Of a DNA stretch of 64,000 bases, positions 9,042 through 17,627 are shown piece by piece (position 1 is the stretch's first letter; each line of letters begins with the position of its first letter). The position numbers and the translations under genes are program-made. The stretch spans positions 11,505 to 75,504 of the forward strand of contig CAZDDE010000002.1 of NCBI GenBank assembly GCA_964504205.1. The letters run 5' to 3'. The notes under the pieces were generated by a model. That model was not told the DNA's origin, ran no database searches, and was given only the letters and a program-made list of their open reading frames with translations. The stretch comes from an uncultured Candidatus Saccharibacteria bacterium. GTDB lineage: Bacteria; Patescibacteriota; Minisyncoccia; Spechtbacterales; HO2-43-30.

Positions 9042-11540
9042 ATGTTTACTAGACATTTCTCAAAAGAAGTTATTTTGATTTCCCTTTTCTTTGTGGTCTT
9101 GGTTTGCGCCGGTATTTTCATGCATTACACGGGTTATACCTTTTTTGCAGTTGGCGAGTTGGGGCGCTATCAACCATGGCGCGACTATATTGAAGGCGGC
9201 TCCTGCCCCCTGCGTTCCGGAGACGATTTGTATGAGCATGATTTTATTTCAAGGGAACTGACATATCTTCGAGACAACCCATACCAACAAACATATTCGG
9301 AAAGAATAATGAGCGGCTACCCTATTCGCGATTCATATTTGGCCAATCAGTATACTGCCTTTAATTTTCTTAACAAATTTTTGCCAGCCCCTTCCAGCGT
9401 TAATTTTTCCGCTCTTTTGATGCTCTTTCTTAGTTTTACGCTCGGGTATTTTATCGCGCGCAGTTTAAATTTTAAGTATTACTATGCCGCGCTTCTTGGA
9501 ATTTTATCTATAACCCTTCAGTACGCGGGTCTCTTTGAGGCGTGGAACGCCGTTCTGATCGGATATGGTTTTGTAATCCTCGGGCTCATTTTGTTCTATC
9601 GGCATGATCGCGTCTACTGTTTTGTAATTCTTTCAATGTTGGGCGCTCTGCTTATCTTCCTATCTAGTATCTATCAATTTTACCTCTATACTGCGATCAA
9701 CCTCATGCTGTTGAGTTTGTTTTATTTTTCACTGGCACGCAAAAGGAAATTTTTGGTAATGTGGCTTGCGCTCATTGTTATTTTCGTAATTTCCGCGATG
9801 CTAGTCAATTTTTCAATGACGAGCCATTACGAACAACTTTCTTCTTCGCAGAAAATCAGTCATGACGTCGGTCTTGGGGAGTTAATTAAAAGGAAGATGT
9901 TTGCCACCGACCCTATTTCATGGATATGGGGGGGCGTCTCAACTCATACCAAGGTAATAAAACATATTTTGGGGGTAGAAGCCGGAGAGGAGTTCCTGAC
10001 ACTTATCCAAAATCGCGGAGTCCAAACGCAAGGGGCGGCCTATCTCGTCCTGATGGGTATTGGGCTTTATCTCTTATTTCACAAGTCCAAGCAGTACGTT
10101 TTCGTGATGCTTTTTTGGATTTTGTACGCAATGGGCATCTCACACCTCGCTTTTGTCTTTATATTTGGCGAGCCATTTTTGAGCGAAACATCAATTCCAG
10201 CGCCGTTAGTTGTGCTTATCTTGGGTAGTTTTGCGGTGATTTATGCCATAAAAGAACTTTTGGATCAACGTGTCAAGTTAAGCCATACCGCGAGAATTAT
10301 TGTTTTTGGGGGTGTCGGTGTCATTTTACTTGCTTCTGGTTCCATGCTGATTTGGGATGCGCTAGCTCATAAGCGGGTCCTGCTCGGAGTCATTTTTACA
10401 TTCCTTAGTGCGATCCTTCTTCTCCTTACGGTAAAAATTTTTACAGGAGGAAACAGAGTCGCTCCGCAACAGAAATTTTTATTTGCGGCGCTGATTGCCG
10501 TGGCGATAATGTTTCCAACCGGGGCGAAATTATTTCTATGCTTTAAGCCGGCCACTCTGGTTATGAACCGTTCACAGTTTTACTTTCCGCAAACAAAGTT
10601 TCAAGAAGCGATTGCGGAGAACCTGGATATTGCGCGTGTTGGGATGATTCAAACGTCCAGGGAAAAAAAAGACACACTTTTGCAGAACCTTCCCGTTTGG
10701 TTGGGGTTACCAACGCTAACCGGATACCGCAACACCATTTTGAAGGAATACTTTGATTTATATATGTATCATAAGATTCTGATAGAGAATGGCGAATCAA
10801 ACTCCGGAAAGTTATTTGAGGAATTTAGAACAAAAGTGGATTATGTGACTAATAAGTTGAGCGCGTTTGAAGTTAGCAATTCTAATTTTTTCCTTCCTCC
10901 TTGGACACAGCGTTACTTCGCCCTCCACGGCGTTAATGGCATCATCGGTCCGGCGGATTTGATCATAAGAAATGAGGATTGGGAGCTTGCCGCAAGAGCA
11001 GACGGACTCTCTCTCTGGAAGGATAGGAAAAAGCCGCACGATTTCTTTTTCTCGCGAGAATCCATAGTTATTCCAGACGACGTTTTCCGTATGGCATACA
11101 TTCTGAATAGTCCCGACTTTGATATGCAAAAACAGGTTGTGTTGAAGGAAGGATTTGGGGCTAAATACAGCACAACCGCAACTTCTACTTTTTCTTTTGA
11201 AATTTTAGAAAAAACAGATGGCTATCGCCTCATCGGCGCCGATCTTGACACGCAAGGTATTCTCACCATTCCAGTTACATACAATAAGCATTGGGAGGCA
11301 AAATTCTTGAGCGACAATGGCACAGCAACAGCTTTAAAAACAATGCATGCAAACCATGCTTTTCTAGGTGTTGCGCTTCCTCCCGGACAAGGAAAGGTTG
11401 AGTTAATATACAACGATAAGCCAAAATTACAGAATGGGATTGTAGCGGGAGGAGGTGTTATACTCTTGGCGGTATTAATACTTTTTACTAAGGTTTATAG
11501 CCGTCGCGTCAAGACTAAACTTAATGAGCTTGCTGAATAA
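9042..11540 (+). CDS. Large polytopic membrane protein with a C-terminal extracytoplasmic domain (YfhO/GT-C-like, putative glycosyltransferase)
   Basis: More than ten hydrophobic helices, then a ~300 aa soluble domain; the last 5 codons and the stop are supplied by the repeat element. Confidence 0.4.
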   Translation: MFTRHFSKEVILISLFFVVLVCAGIFMHYTGYTFFAVGELGRYQPWRDYIEGGSCPLRSGDDLYEHDFISRELTYLRDNPYQQTYSERIMSGYPIRDSYLANQYTAFNFLNKFLPAPSSVNFSALLMLFLSFTLGYFIARSLNFKYYYAALLGILSITLQYAGLFEAWNAVLIGYGFVILGLILFYRHDRVYCFVILSMLGALLIFLSSIYQFYLYTAINLMLLSLFYFSLARKRKFLVMWLALIVIFVISAMLVNFSMTSHYEQLSSSQKISHDVGLGELIKRKMFATDPISWIWGGVSTHTKVIKHILGVEAGEEFLTLIQNRGVQTQGAAYLVLMGIGLYLLFHKSKQYVFVMLFWILYAMGISHLAFVFIFGEPFLSETSIPAPLVVLILGSFAVIYAIKELLDQRVKLSHTARIIVFGGVGVILLASGSMLIWDALAHKRVLLGVIFTFLSAILLLLTVKIFTGGNRVAPQQKFLFAALIAVAIMFPTGAKLFLCFKPATLVMNRSQFYFPQTKFQEAIAENLDIARVGMIQTSREKKDTLLQNLPVWLGLPTLTGYRNTILKEYFDLYMYHKILIENGESNSGKLFEEFRTKVDYVTNKLSAFEVSNSNFFLPPWTQRYFALHGVNGIIGPADLIIRNEDWELAARADGLSLWKDRKKPHDFFFSRESIVIPDDVFRMAYILNSPDFDMQKQVVLKEGFGAKYSTTATSTFSFEILEKTDGYRLIGADLDTQGILTIPVTYNKHWEAKFLSDNGTATALKTMHANHAFLGVALPPGQGKVELIYNDKPKLQNGIVAGGGVILLAVLILFTKVYSRRVKTKLNELAE

Positions 11541-11671
11541 TTGCTTCTGGCTCATTCTCGCCCCGCCAGCGCGGGGCTGCGAGGCTCGGCCTGTTTTGCT
11601 CCGACTGCGGTCGGAGACCATGCCAAAACAGGCCTCAAATCCGCCAGAAGTAATTATTCAGCAAGCTCATT
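11523..11671 (+). mobile_element. MITE-like palindromic repeat element, copy 1 (~29 bp terminal inverted repeats, internal stem-loops)
   Basis: Left end aatgagcttgctgaataattgcttctggc and right end gccagaagtaattattcagcaagctcatt are reverse complements with one mismatch; near-identical copy at 14622-14769. Confidence 0.75.
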
Positions 11672-13815
11672 GGATCGTGAAGAGCGTAATTAACTGGGGA
11701 AAAAAGTACAATATAGACCTGCAAAAATTACTGCTTAATAGGTGGTTTTTGTTGATTTTAGCGATTAAAATTGTCGCCAGTTTTCTTTTTGCTTCAGATT
11801 TTATGCTGAAGGGATTTGTGCCGTTTGTAAATTACTTTGTATCTACCGGTTTTGATAATCCCTACAATTTTTTTTATAACCTGGGACAGCCAGAAGCATT
11901 TCCGTATCCGCCCGCCATGTTATATATACTTTCTGTCGCAAGAATTTTTTTCTATCCGGTCCTGATAATTGACTGGCCGACAGTAACCTTTGCTCACTTG
12001 TTCATCATGCGTATCCCTATTTTATTGGCTGATATTGCAATATATTTAATACTTTGTAAGTGGTTGGAAACGAAGGAGAAAAAAGTGCTGTTGTATTATT
12101 GGGCTTCGCCAGTCCTCTTTTTTATCAATTATTTTCACGGGCAACTAGACGTCATTCCCACTGCCTTACTTTTTATATCTCTACTCTTTTTGTTTGCCAA
12201 AAGGGAAGCTACAGCATTTATAATACTGGGTTTGGGCATTGTGGCCAAGACGCACTTATTGGCAGTATTACCGTTTTACTTTATCTACTTAATGATCAAT
12301 AGATATCCCGTTCAAAAAGTTATCTTGTATTCCATGTTGCCGCTCGGTGTCTTTTTTGCATTCGCGTGGCCGTATTTGGCATCGAGCGGATTTACGCAGA
12401 GTGTCTTTGGTACCGAAGAAGCCAACAAATTGTTTCTAGTGTTTGTTCCATATCTTCATAATGACTTGCGGCTTCTTTTAGCGCCGGCGGCAATTTTGAT
12501 TCTTTTCTTTAACTTCTTTTCGTATAAGAAATTAAACAAGGATGCCTTCTTGTTAATTCTTGGACTGTTGTTCACTATGCTCGTCTTGTTTGTACCCCCA
12601 ATGCCCGGCTGGTTTTATTGGTCCATTCCATTTTTCGTGTACTTTTTTGCAAAGTACAAAGAAATTCCAAAGTTTAGTTTTTGGTTCTTGAGCATTGCCT
12701 ATATGCTGTACTTTATATTTAGTAAGGATGCTAAAATTTTTTCTAGCTTCGAACTATTAAACCCCGGTTTCATAACCACCGTTAGTCCATTTACGACGCT
12801 TCACGCGCTGGGTATCAATATGGACATACTTGTTAATGTTATTTTTACCCTGCTGATAGCGGCTCTCGTCATGAACGCAGTGTGGATTTATCGTATGGGC
12901 GTGCGCAGTAATTTAGAATATAAGGTCACGGATAGCCCGACTTTAATTGGAATTGGAGGAGATTCTGGAGCCGGGAAAAACACCCTGGCCAATCTAATCG
13001 TCCAACTTTTTGGAAAGGATAATGCCGTTTGCGTTGAGGGCGATGACGCGCACAAATGGGAGCGGAATCATGAAAGTTGGGAAAAATACACGCATTTGAA
13101 TCCCAAAAGCAATTTGTTGCACCGCGATTTGCGGCAAACGTCGGAATTGAAAATGGGTGAAGCAATTAAGCGACAGCTTTACGATCATTCATCCGGCCAT
13201 TTCACATTACCAAAGGATGTCGAGCCGAGTAAGATTGTTCTATATACCGGTTTGCACCCGTTTTATCTGAGTAAAATGCGCAAGGCTTTTGATATAAAAA
13301 TATATGTGGATCCAAATGAAGATCTGCGCAAGCATTGGAAAATAATGCGCGACAAAAAATACCGAGGGTACTCCAGAGAAGAGGTAATTAGACAACTAGA
13401 ATCTAGAGAGGAGGATTCCGGAAAATATATACGTCCACAACGGGAATTTGCCGATATAATTATCACGCTCATGCCAAAAGGCGAGTTAATTGAAGATCAA
13501 GAGCCTGGCTTGTGGATGCGTATCATATGCGATAATTCATTACACGTTGATCCGTTTGTCGAGCAACTTTCAAGTTGCGGTACCGTGGATGTGCGGCATA
13601 GATACGAAGATGATTTGCATAGGCAATGCATTGAGTTCGACGGCCGTATTTCTGCCGAGGAAATAAACCAGCTTGCGCATGGCCTTATCCCTTACTTCGA
13701 GGAACTTACCGATGGCAAGCACAAATGGGCGGAGGATTTAGACGGCATACGCCAGTTGTTCATACTTTATTACTTTAGCGAATTGCGAAAGTCTAATCAA
13801 ACATATAATGCATGA
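11524..13815 (+). CDS. Fusion protein: N-terminal polytopic membrane domain (PIG-M/DUF2029-like GT-C mannosyltransferase-like) plus C-terminal phosphoribulokinase/uridine-kinase-family P-loop kinase domain
   Basis: C-terminus GIGGDSGAGKNTLA (P-loop), LYDHSSG, LYTGLHPF and DIKIYVDPNEDLRKHWKIMRDKKYRGYSREEVIRQLESRE track PRK-family motifs. The N-terminal 400 aa are hydrophobic with a GFDNPYNFF loop motif. The annotated N-terminus is repeat-encoded, so the true start is uncertain. Confidence 0.6.
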   Translation: MSLLNNCFWLILAPPARGCEARPVLLRLRSETMPKQASNPPEVIIQQAHWIVKSVINWGKKYNIDLQKLLLNRWFLLILAIKIVASFLFASDFMLKGFVPFVNYFVSTGFDNPYNFFYNLGQPEAFPYPPAMLYILSVARIFFYPVLIIDWPTVTFAHLFIMRIPILLADIAIYLILCKWLETKEKKVLLYYWASPVLFFINYFHGQLDVIPTALLFISLLFLFAKREATAFIILGLGIVAKTHLLAVLPFYFIYLMINRYPVQKVILYSMLPLGVFFAFAWPYLASSGFTQSVFGTEEANKLFLVFVPYLHNDLRLLLAPAAILILFFNFFSYKKLNKDAFLLILGLLFTMLVLFVPPMPGWFYWSIPFFVYFFAKYKEIPKFSFWFLSIAYMLYFIFSKDAKIFSSFELLNPGFITTVSPFTTLHALGINMDILVNVIFTLLIAALVMNAVWIYRMGVRSNLEYKVTDSPTLIGIGGDSGAGKNTLANLIVQLFGKDNAVCVEGDDAHKWERNHESWEKYTHLNPKSNLLHRDLRQTSELKMGEAIKRQLYDHSSGHFTLPKDVEPSKIVLYTGLHPFYLSKMRKAFDIKIYVDPNEDLRKHWKIMRDKKYRGYSREEVIRQLESREEDSGKYIRPQREFADIIITLMPKGELIEDQEPGLWMRIICDNSLHVDPFVEQLSSCGTVDVRHRYEDDLHRQCIEFDGRISAEEINQLAHGLIPYFEELTDGKHKWAEDLDGIRQLFILYYFSELRKSNQTYNA

Positions 13816-14639
13816 AAGGAGAAATTAAAAAGCTGATATTTATTTCGCGCAAAGTTGGATGTTTGCCCGAACTTGTGCAGGGGGGAGGGGGGAATACTTC
13901 AGTTAAGGATGCCAGAGGAAAGATGTATATAAAAGCTTCGGGTATAGCACTGTCTGATATGACACTAAAGAGGGGCTTCGCTATTGTTGGTGATGAGGGG
14001 AAAGTGGTTGATGCAGTATCGGGAGAGCGCCCATCTATGGAAGTGTCTATGCATCTCTATTTGCCTAAATATGTTATTCATACGCATTCGGTGCATGTAA
14101 ACATTTTTACATGCATTAAAAATGGCCGGCGTCATCTCATGGATTTTTTTAAAGACGAGAAGCCGCTGTATATTTCTTATAAAAATCCTGGCGAGGAACT
14201 TGCAGCAGAGATTAAAGAACAAGTGCATATCTATAAAAGGAAGCATCTTAGCGATCCAAAGATTATTTTTTTAGAGAATCATGGTCTAATAACATGCGGA
14301 GTTGATTCAAAGCGAACACTAGAACTGACGATGCGAGTTAATGCGGCAATCAAAAAGCATTTAACGGAATCAATAGCAAATTTTAAATTATTCACCTCAA
14401 CGCAAGAAGTTTTTGAGAGGCCGAAGCGGTGTTTATTTCCCGACATGGCCGTATTTCAGACGACACCAATGACGAAATCATCCAAAGAGATTCTTGCAGC
14501 ACACGAGTATGTGTTATATGGAATAAGGAAATTAGGTGCCACCCCCCGGTATCTAAAGAGCGCCGATGTCAAATACATTCAAAACATGGAAAGCGAAAAG
14601 CATCGCATGAAAGTGGCAATGAATGGGCTTGCTGAATAA
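13812..14639 (+). CDS. Class II aldolase/adducin-family protein (fuculose-phosphate aldolase / ribulose-5-phosphate 4-epimerase-like)
   Basis: GGGGNTS…SMEVSMH…HTHS metal-binding His pattern of the class II aldolase N-terminal domain; the stop codon lies inside repeat copy 2. Confidence 0.6.
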   Translation: MKGEIKKLIFISRKVGCLPELVQGGGGNTSVKDARGKMYIKASGIALSDMTLKRGFAIVGDEGKVVDAVSGERPSMEVSMHLYLPKYVIHTHSVHVNIFTCIKNGRRHLMDFFKDEKPLYISYKNPGEELAAEIKEQVHIYKRKHLSDPKIIFLENHGLITCGVDSKRTLELTMRVNAAIKKHLTESIANFKLFTSTQEVFERPKRCLFPDMAVFQTTPMTKSSKEILAAHEYVLYGIRKLGATPRYLKSADVKYIQNMESEKHRMKVAMNGLAE

Positions 14640-14769
14640 TTGCTTCTGGCTCATTCTCGCCCCGCCAGCGCGGGGCTGCGAGGCTCGGCCTGTTTTGCTC
14701 CGACTGCGGTCGGAGACCATGCCAAAACAGGCCTCAAATCCGCCAGAAGCAATTATTCAGCAAGCTCAT
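14622..14769 (+). mobile_element. MITE-like palindromic repeat element, copy 2
   Basis: Near-identical to 11523-11671 with the same terminal inverted repeats; supplies stop codons and in-frame leaders for the flanking genes. Confidence 0.75.
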
Positions 14770-14781
14770 GAATCATTCATT

Positions 14782-15555
14782 ATGCAAATAATTATTCCAA
14801 TGGCCGGGCAAGGGGAGAGATTTGCCGAAAAAGGCTACAAGGATATCAAGCCGCTGATTAAAGTTGGCGATAAACCAATTATTGAATATATCACTGAGAT
14901 GTTTCCGGGGGAAACAAATTTTTTGTTTATTTGCAATCAAGAACACCTTGACAGCACTACTCTTGGAAAAACGCTGCATAAGTTAATGCCCAAAGGCAGA
15001 GTGGTCGGCATTTCTGGCCACCAACACGGACCAGTTTGGAGCGTCTTGGCAGCAATGACTTATATCAACGATGAAGAACCCGCCATTGTGAATTATTGCG
15101 ATTTTAACTGTATATGGGATTACGAAAATTTTAAGCGCACTGTTGTTGACAAAGATTGCCATGGCGCAATTGCCTGTTATCGCGGTTTTCATCCCCATCT
15201 ACTTGGGCCCAATCTGTATGCTTCCTGTAGGGTAGATGCAAGTAACTATTTACAAGAAATACGCGAGAAATATTCCTTTAGCGAGAATAAAATGCACACA
15301 TATCAGTCTTCTGGCACATACTATTTTAAGCGCGGAGATTTAATAAAAAAATATTTTCAAGCATTGGTCAATCAAGATATAAATGTCAACAAGGAATACT
15401 ATGTAAGTTTGGTCTATAACTTGATGCTCAAAGATAATCTTCAAACCTATATTTATGAAATAGACAAGTTTTGCCAATGGGGAACGCCGCAGGACCTGGA
15501 GGAATTTCTCTACTGGCTAGATTATTTTAAAAAATCCTATGAAAAGCACAGTTAA
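14782..15555 (+). CDS. Sugar-phosphate nucleotidyltransferase (NTP_transferase/GT-A-like, LicC/TarI/IspD-like)
   Basis: IIPMAGQGERF N-terminal nucleotide-binding motif. The track ORF starts at 14623 inside the repeat; the ATG at 14782 is preferred. Confidence 0.7.
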   Translation: MQIIIPMAGQGERFAEKGYKDIKPLIKVGDKPIIEYITEMFPGETNFLFICNQEHLDSTTLGKTLHKLMPKGRVVGISGHQHGPVWSVLAAMTYINDEEPAIVNYCDFNCIWDYENFKRTVVDKDCHGAIACYRGFHPHLLGPNLYASCRVDASNYLQEIREKYSFSENKMHTYQSSGTYYFKRGDLIKKYFQALVNQDINVNKEYYVSLVYNLMLKDNLQTYIYEIDKFCQWGTPQDLEEFLYWLDYFKKSYEKHS

Positions 15556-16315
15556 TTTGATTCCTATGGCCGGCGCGGGAGCACGTTTTTTTAAGGAGGG
15601 CTTTCGTGATCCAAAATCCCTCATAGATATAGATGGAAAGCCAATGGTTATCCGGGCGACAGAATGTTTACCCGACGCAGATAGATGGATTTTTGTTTGT
15701 AGAAAGGAGCATTTGGACAATTATCCGCTCGCGGTAACACTGAAAAAGGCATATCGTGGATGCACAATTCTTGACATTGATTATCTTAGCGAGGGCCAAG
15801 CTTCAACATGCCTCATGGCCGAGAAGTATATAGATTTAGATAACCCTTTATTAATTTCAGCATGCGATAATGGGATTGTATATAACACGCCCAAGTTAGA
15901 TACGATGATACGGGACAAAGCGGTCGATGCCTTGATTTTCACCTTTAGAAATAATGCGATTGTAGCGCGTAACCCCAAGATGTATGGTTGGGTTAAGGCC
16001 GATGATAAGCAAAGAGTCGAGCGAGTGTCGGTGAAAGTGCCGATTAGCGATAATCCAATGAGTGACCATGCCGTGGTTGGGACATTCTGGTTTCGCAAGG
16101 GGGAGTATTTTATTCATGCCGCAAAAGAGATGATTGCAAAAAATACGAGGATTAACAACGAATTTTATGTTGATGAATGTTTAAACAATGCCGTCGCACG
16201 CGGACTGAATGTGAAAGTGTTTGAGGTGGATAAATATATATGCTGGGGTACCCCAGATGAGTTGAGAACCTTTAACTACTGGCGCGAGTATTTTAATATC
16301 CATAAATTTTATTGA
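15539..16315 (+). CDS. Sugar-phosphate nucleotidyltransferase, tandem paralog
   Basis: LIPMAGAGARF motif; the C-terminus (KYICWGTPDELRTFNYW) parallels the upstream paralog. Confidence 0.7.
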   Translation: MKSTVNLIPMAGAGARFFKEGFRDPKSLIDIDGKPMVIRATECLPDADRWIFVCRKEHLDNYPLAVTLKKAYRGCTILDIDYLSEGQASTCLMAEKYIDLDNPLLISACDNGIVYNTPKLDTMIRDKAVDALIFTFRNNAIVARNPKMYGWVKADDKQRVERVSVKVPISDNPMSDHAVVGTFWFRKGEYFIHAAKEMIAKNTRINNEFYVDECLNNAVARGLNVKVFEVDKYICWGTPDELRTFNYWREYFNIHKFY

Positions 16316-16318
16316 GCC

Positions 16319-16897
16319 ATGATAAAAATCGTCCATCGCGTTAATTCTACTAGGGAACTTACGAAGATTCCGGTTAGCTATGGTGTGGAAGTGGATATCC
16401 GCGGGTATGGTGATGAGCTTGTGCTTAACCATGAGCCTCTTGCCGGAGGAGAAAATTTCGAAGGGTATTTAAAAGAATATGGTCACGCTTTTGCTATATT
16501 CAACATTAAAGAAGCAGGTATAGAACAGCGCGTTATTGACTTAGCCGGGGAATTTAATATAACGAATTTTTTTCTCTTAGATGTTGAATTTCCATTTATA
16601 TATAAAGCCACACGATGCGGATTTAGGAGTATAGCTATAAGGTATAGTGAGGATGAATGTATTGACAGCGCATTGTTATATAAAAGTAGGGTTGATTGGG
16701 TCTGGATTGACACAAATACTCGCTTGCCACTAGATAGGAAGGTAGTTGAGCAGTTGCGCGGTATCAAAACGTGCCTAGTTTCCCCTGACAGGTGGGGAAG
16801 GCCAAACGATATATTAAAGTACAAACAACAAATGAAGGCCCTAAACTTTGAGCCGACAGCAGTCATGGCCGGGAAAGATGTCATACATTTGTGGTAG
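16319..16897 (+). CDS. Glycerophosphodiester-phosphodiesterase-like (GDPD/PLC-like TIM-barrel) protein, short form
   Basis: IVHRV…VEVDIR…DELVLNHE parallels the GDPD HR…E.D…HD catalytic arrangement. Confidence 0.4.
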   Translation: MIKIVHRVNSTRELTKIPVSYGVEVDIRGYGDELVLNHEPLAGGENFEGYLKEYGHAFAIFNIKEAGIEQRVIDLAGEFNITNFFLLDVEFPFIYKATRCGFRSIAIRYSEDECIDSALLYKSRVDWVWIDTNTRLPLDRKVVEQLRGIKTCLVSPDRWGRPNDILKYKQQMKALNFEPTAVMAGKDVIHLW

Positions 16898-16913
16898 TGT
16901 AAGGTCATAACCT

Positions 16914-17627
16914 ATGCCCGCGTTATCTATCATAGTGCCTTGTTATAACGAGGCAGAAAACATCCTGCTTATTTTAGAAAAGTTTTCACGTGTGCTGAAG
17001 GGGCTTTCCGCGGAATTGATTTTAGTAAATAATGGCTCAACTGATGAATCCGGCGAGATCTTGAGAGGTGAGCTGAAAAATCCGTTATATTGCTTTGCGC
17101 GTGTTGTCAGTATCGCAAAAAATATCGGCTACGGGCATGGTATCATGACTGGCTTGCGCGAGGCGAAGGGTGATGTTTTGGCATGGACACACGCGGATTT
17201 GCAAACTGACCCCGCGGATGTTATACGGGCTTATCAAAAATTTCGCGAGCTGGAAAAAAAAGATGCTAATATTTTAATCAAGGGGCGACGCCTTAATCGC
17301 AGACTTGGCGAAAGATTTTTTACCTTTGGGATGGCGTGTCTTGCAAGTTTTGTTTTGGGGGAGGCGCTATATGACATCAATGCTCAGCCGAAAATGTTTT
17401 CCAAATCATTTTTGCTCAAGATGAAAAATCCGCCGGACGATTTTTCACTCGATCTTTATCTGATGTATCTTGCAAAACATTTTAATTACAAAACATACAC
17501 CATACCCGTGCATTTTGGCGAGAGGATATACGGCGAATCAAAATCGGCGGCTAATTTTAAATCGCGTTGCCGCACAATTATGCGCACGTTCAAATACACG
17601 TTTGCTTTACGTTCCAGAATGCGATGA
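16914..17627 (+). CDS. Glycosyltransferase family 2 (polyprenol-phosphate/DPM1-like)
   Basis: SIIVPCYNEAENI…VNNGSTDESGEIL GT2 signature. Confidence 0.8.
   Translation: MPALSIIVPCYNEAENILLILEKFSRVLKGLSAELILVNNGSTDESGEILRGELKNPLYCFARVVSIAKNIGYGHGIMTGLREAKGDVLAWTHADLQTDPADVIRAYQKFRELEKKDANILIKGRRLNRRLGERFFTFGMACLASFVLGEALYDINAQPKMFSKSFLLKMKNPPDDFSLDLYLMYLAKHFNYKTYTIPVHFGERIYGESKSAANFKSRCRTIMRTFKYTFALRSRMR

Noticed and set aside
11524-11670. Conserved N-terminal protein domain shared by ORFs 11524 and 14623
   Set aside because: The shared 50 residues are a translation of the MITE-like DNA repeat, not an independently conserved protein domain.
11523-14769. Possible CRISPR array, from the repeated sequences
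   Set aside because: There are only two copies of a 148 bp element, 3 kb apart, with terminal inverted repeats and no short regular spacers. The tandem units at 59.8 kb are also not CRISPR-like.
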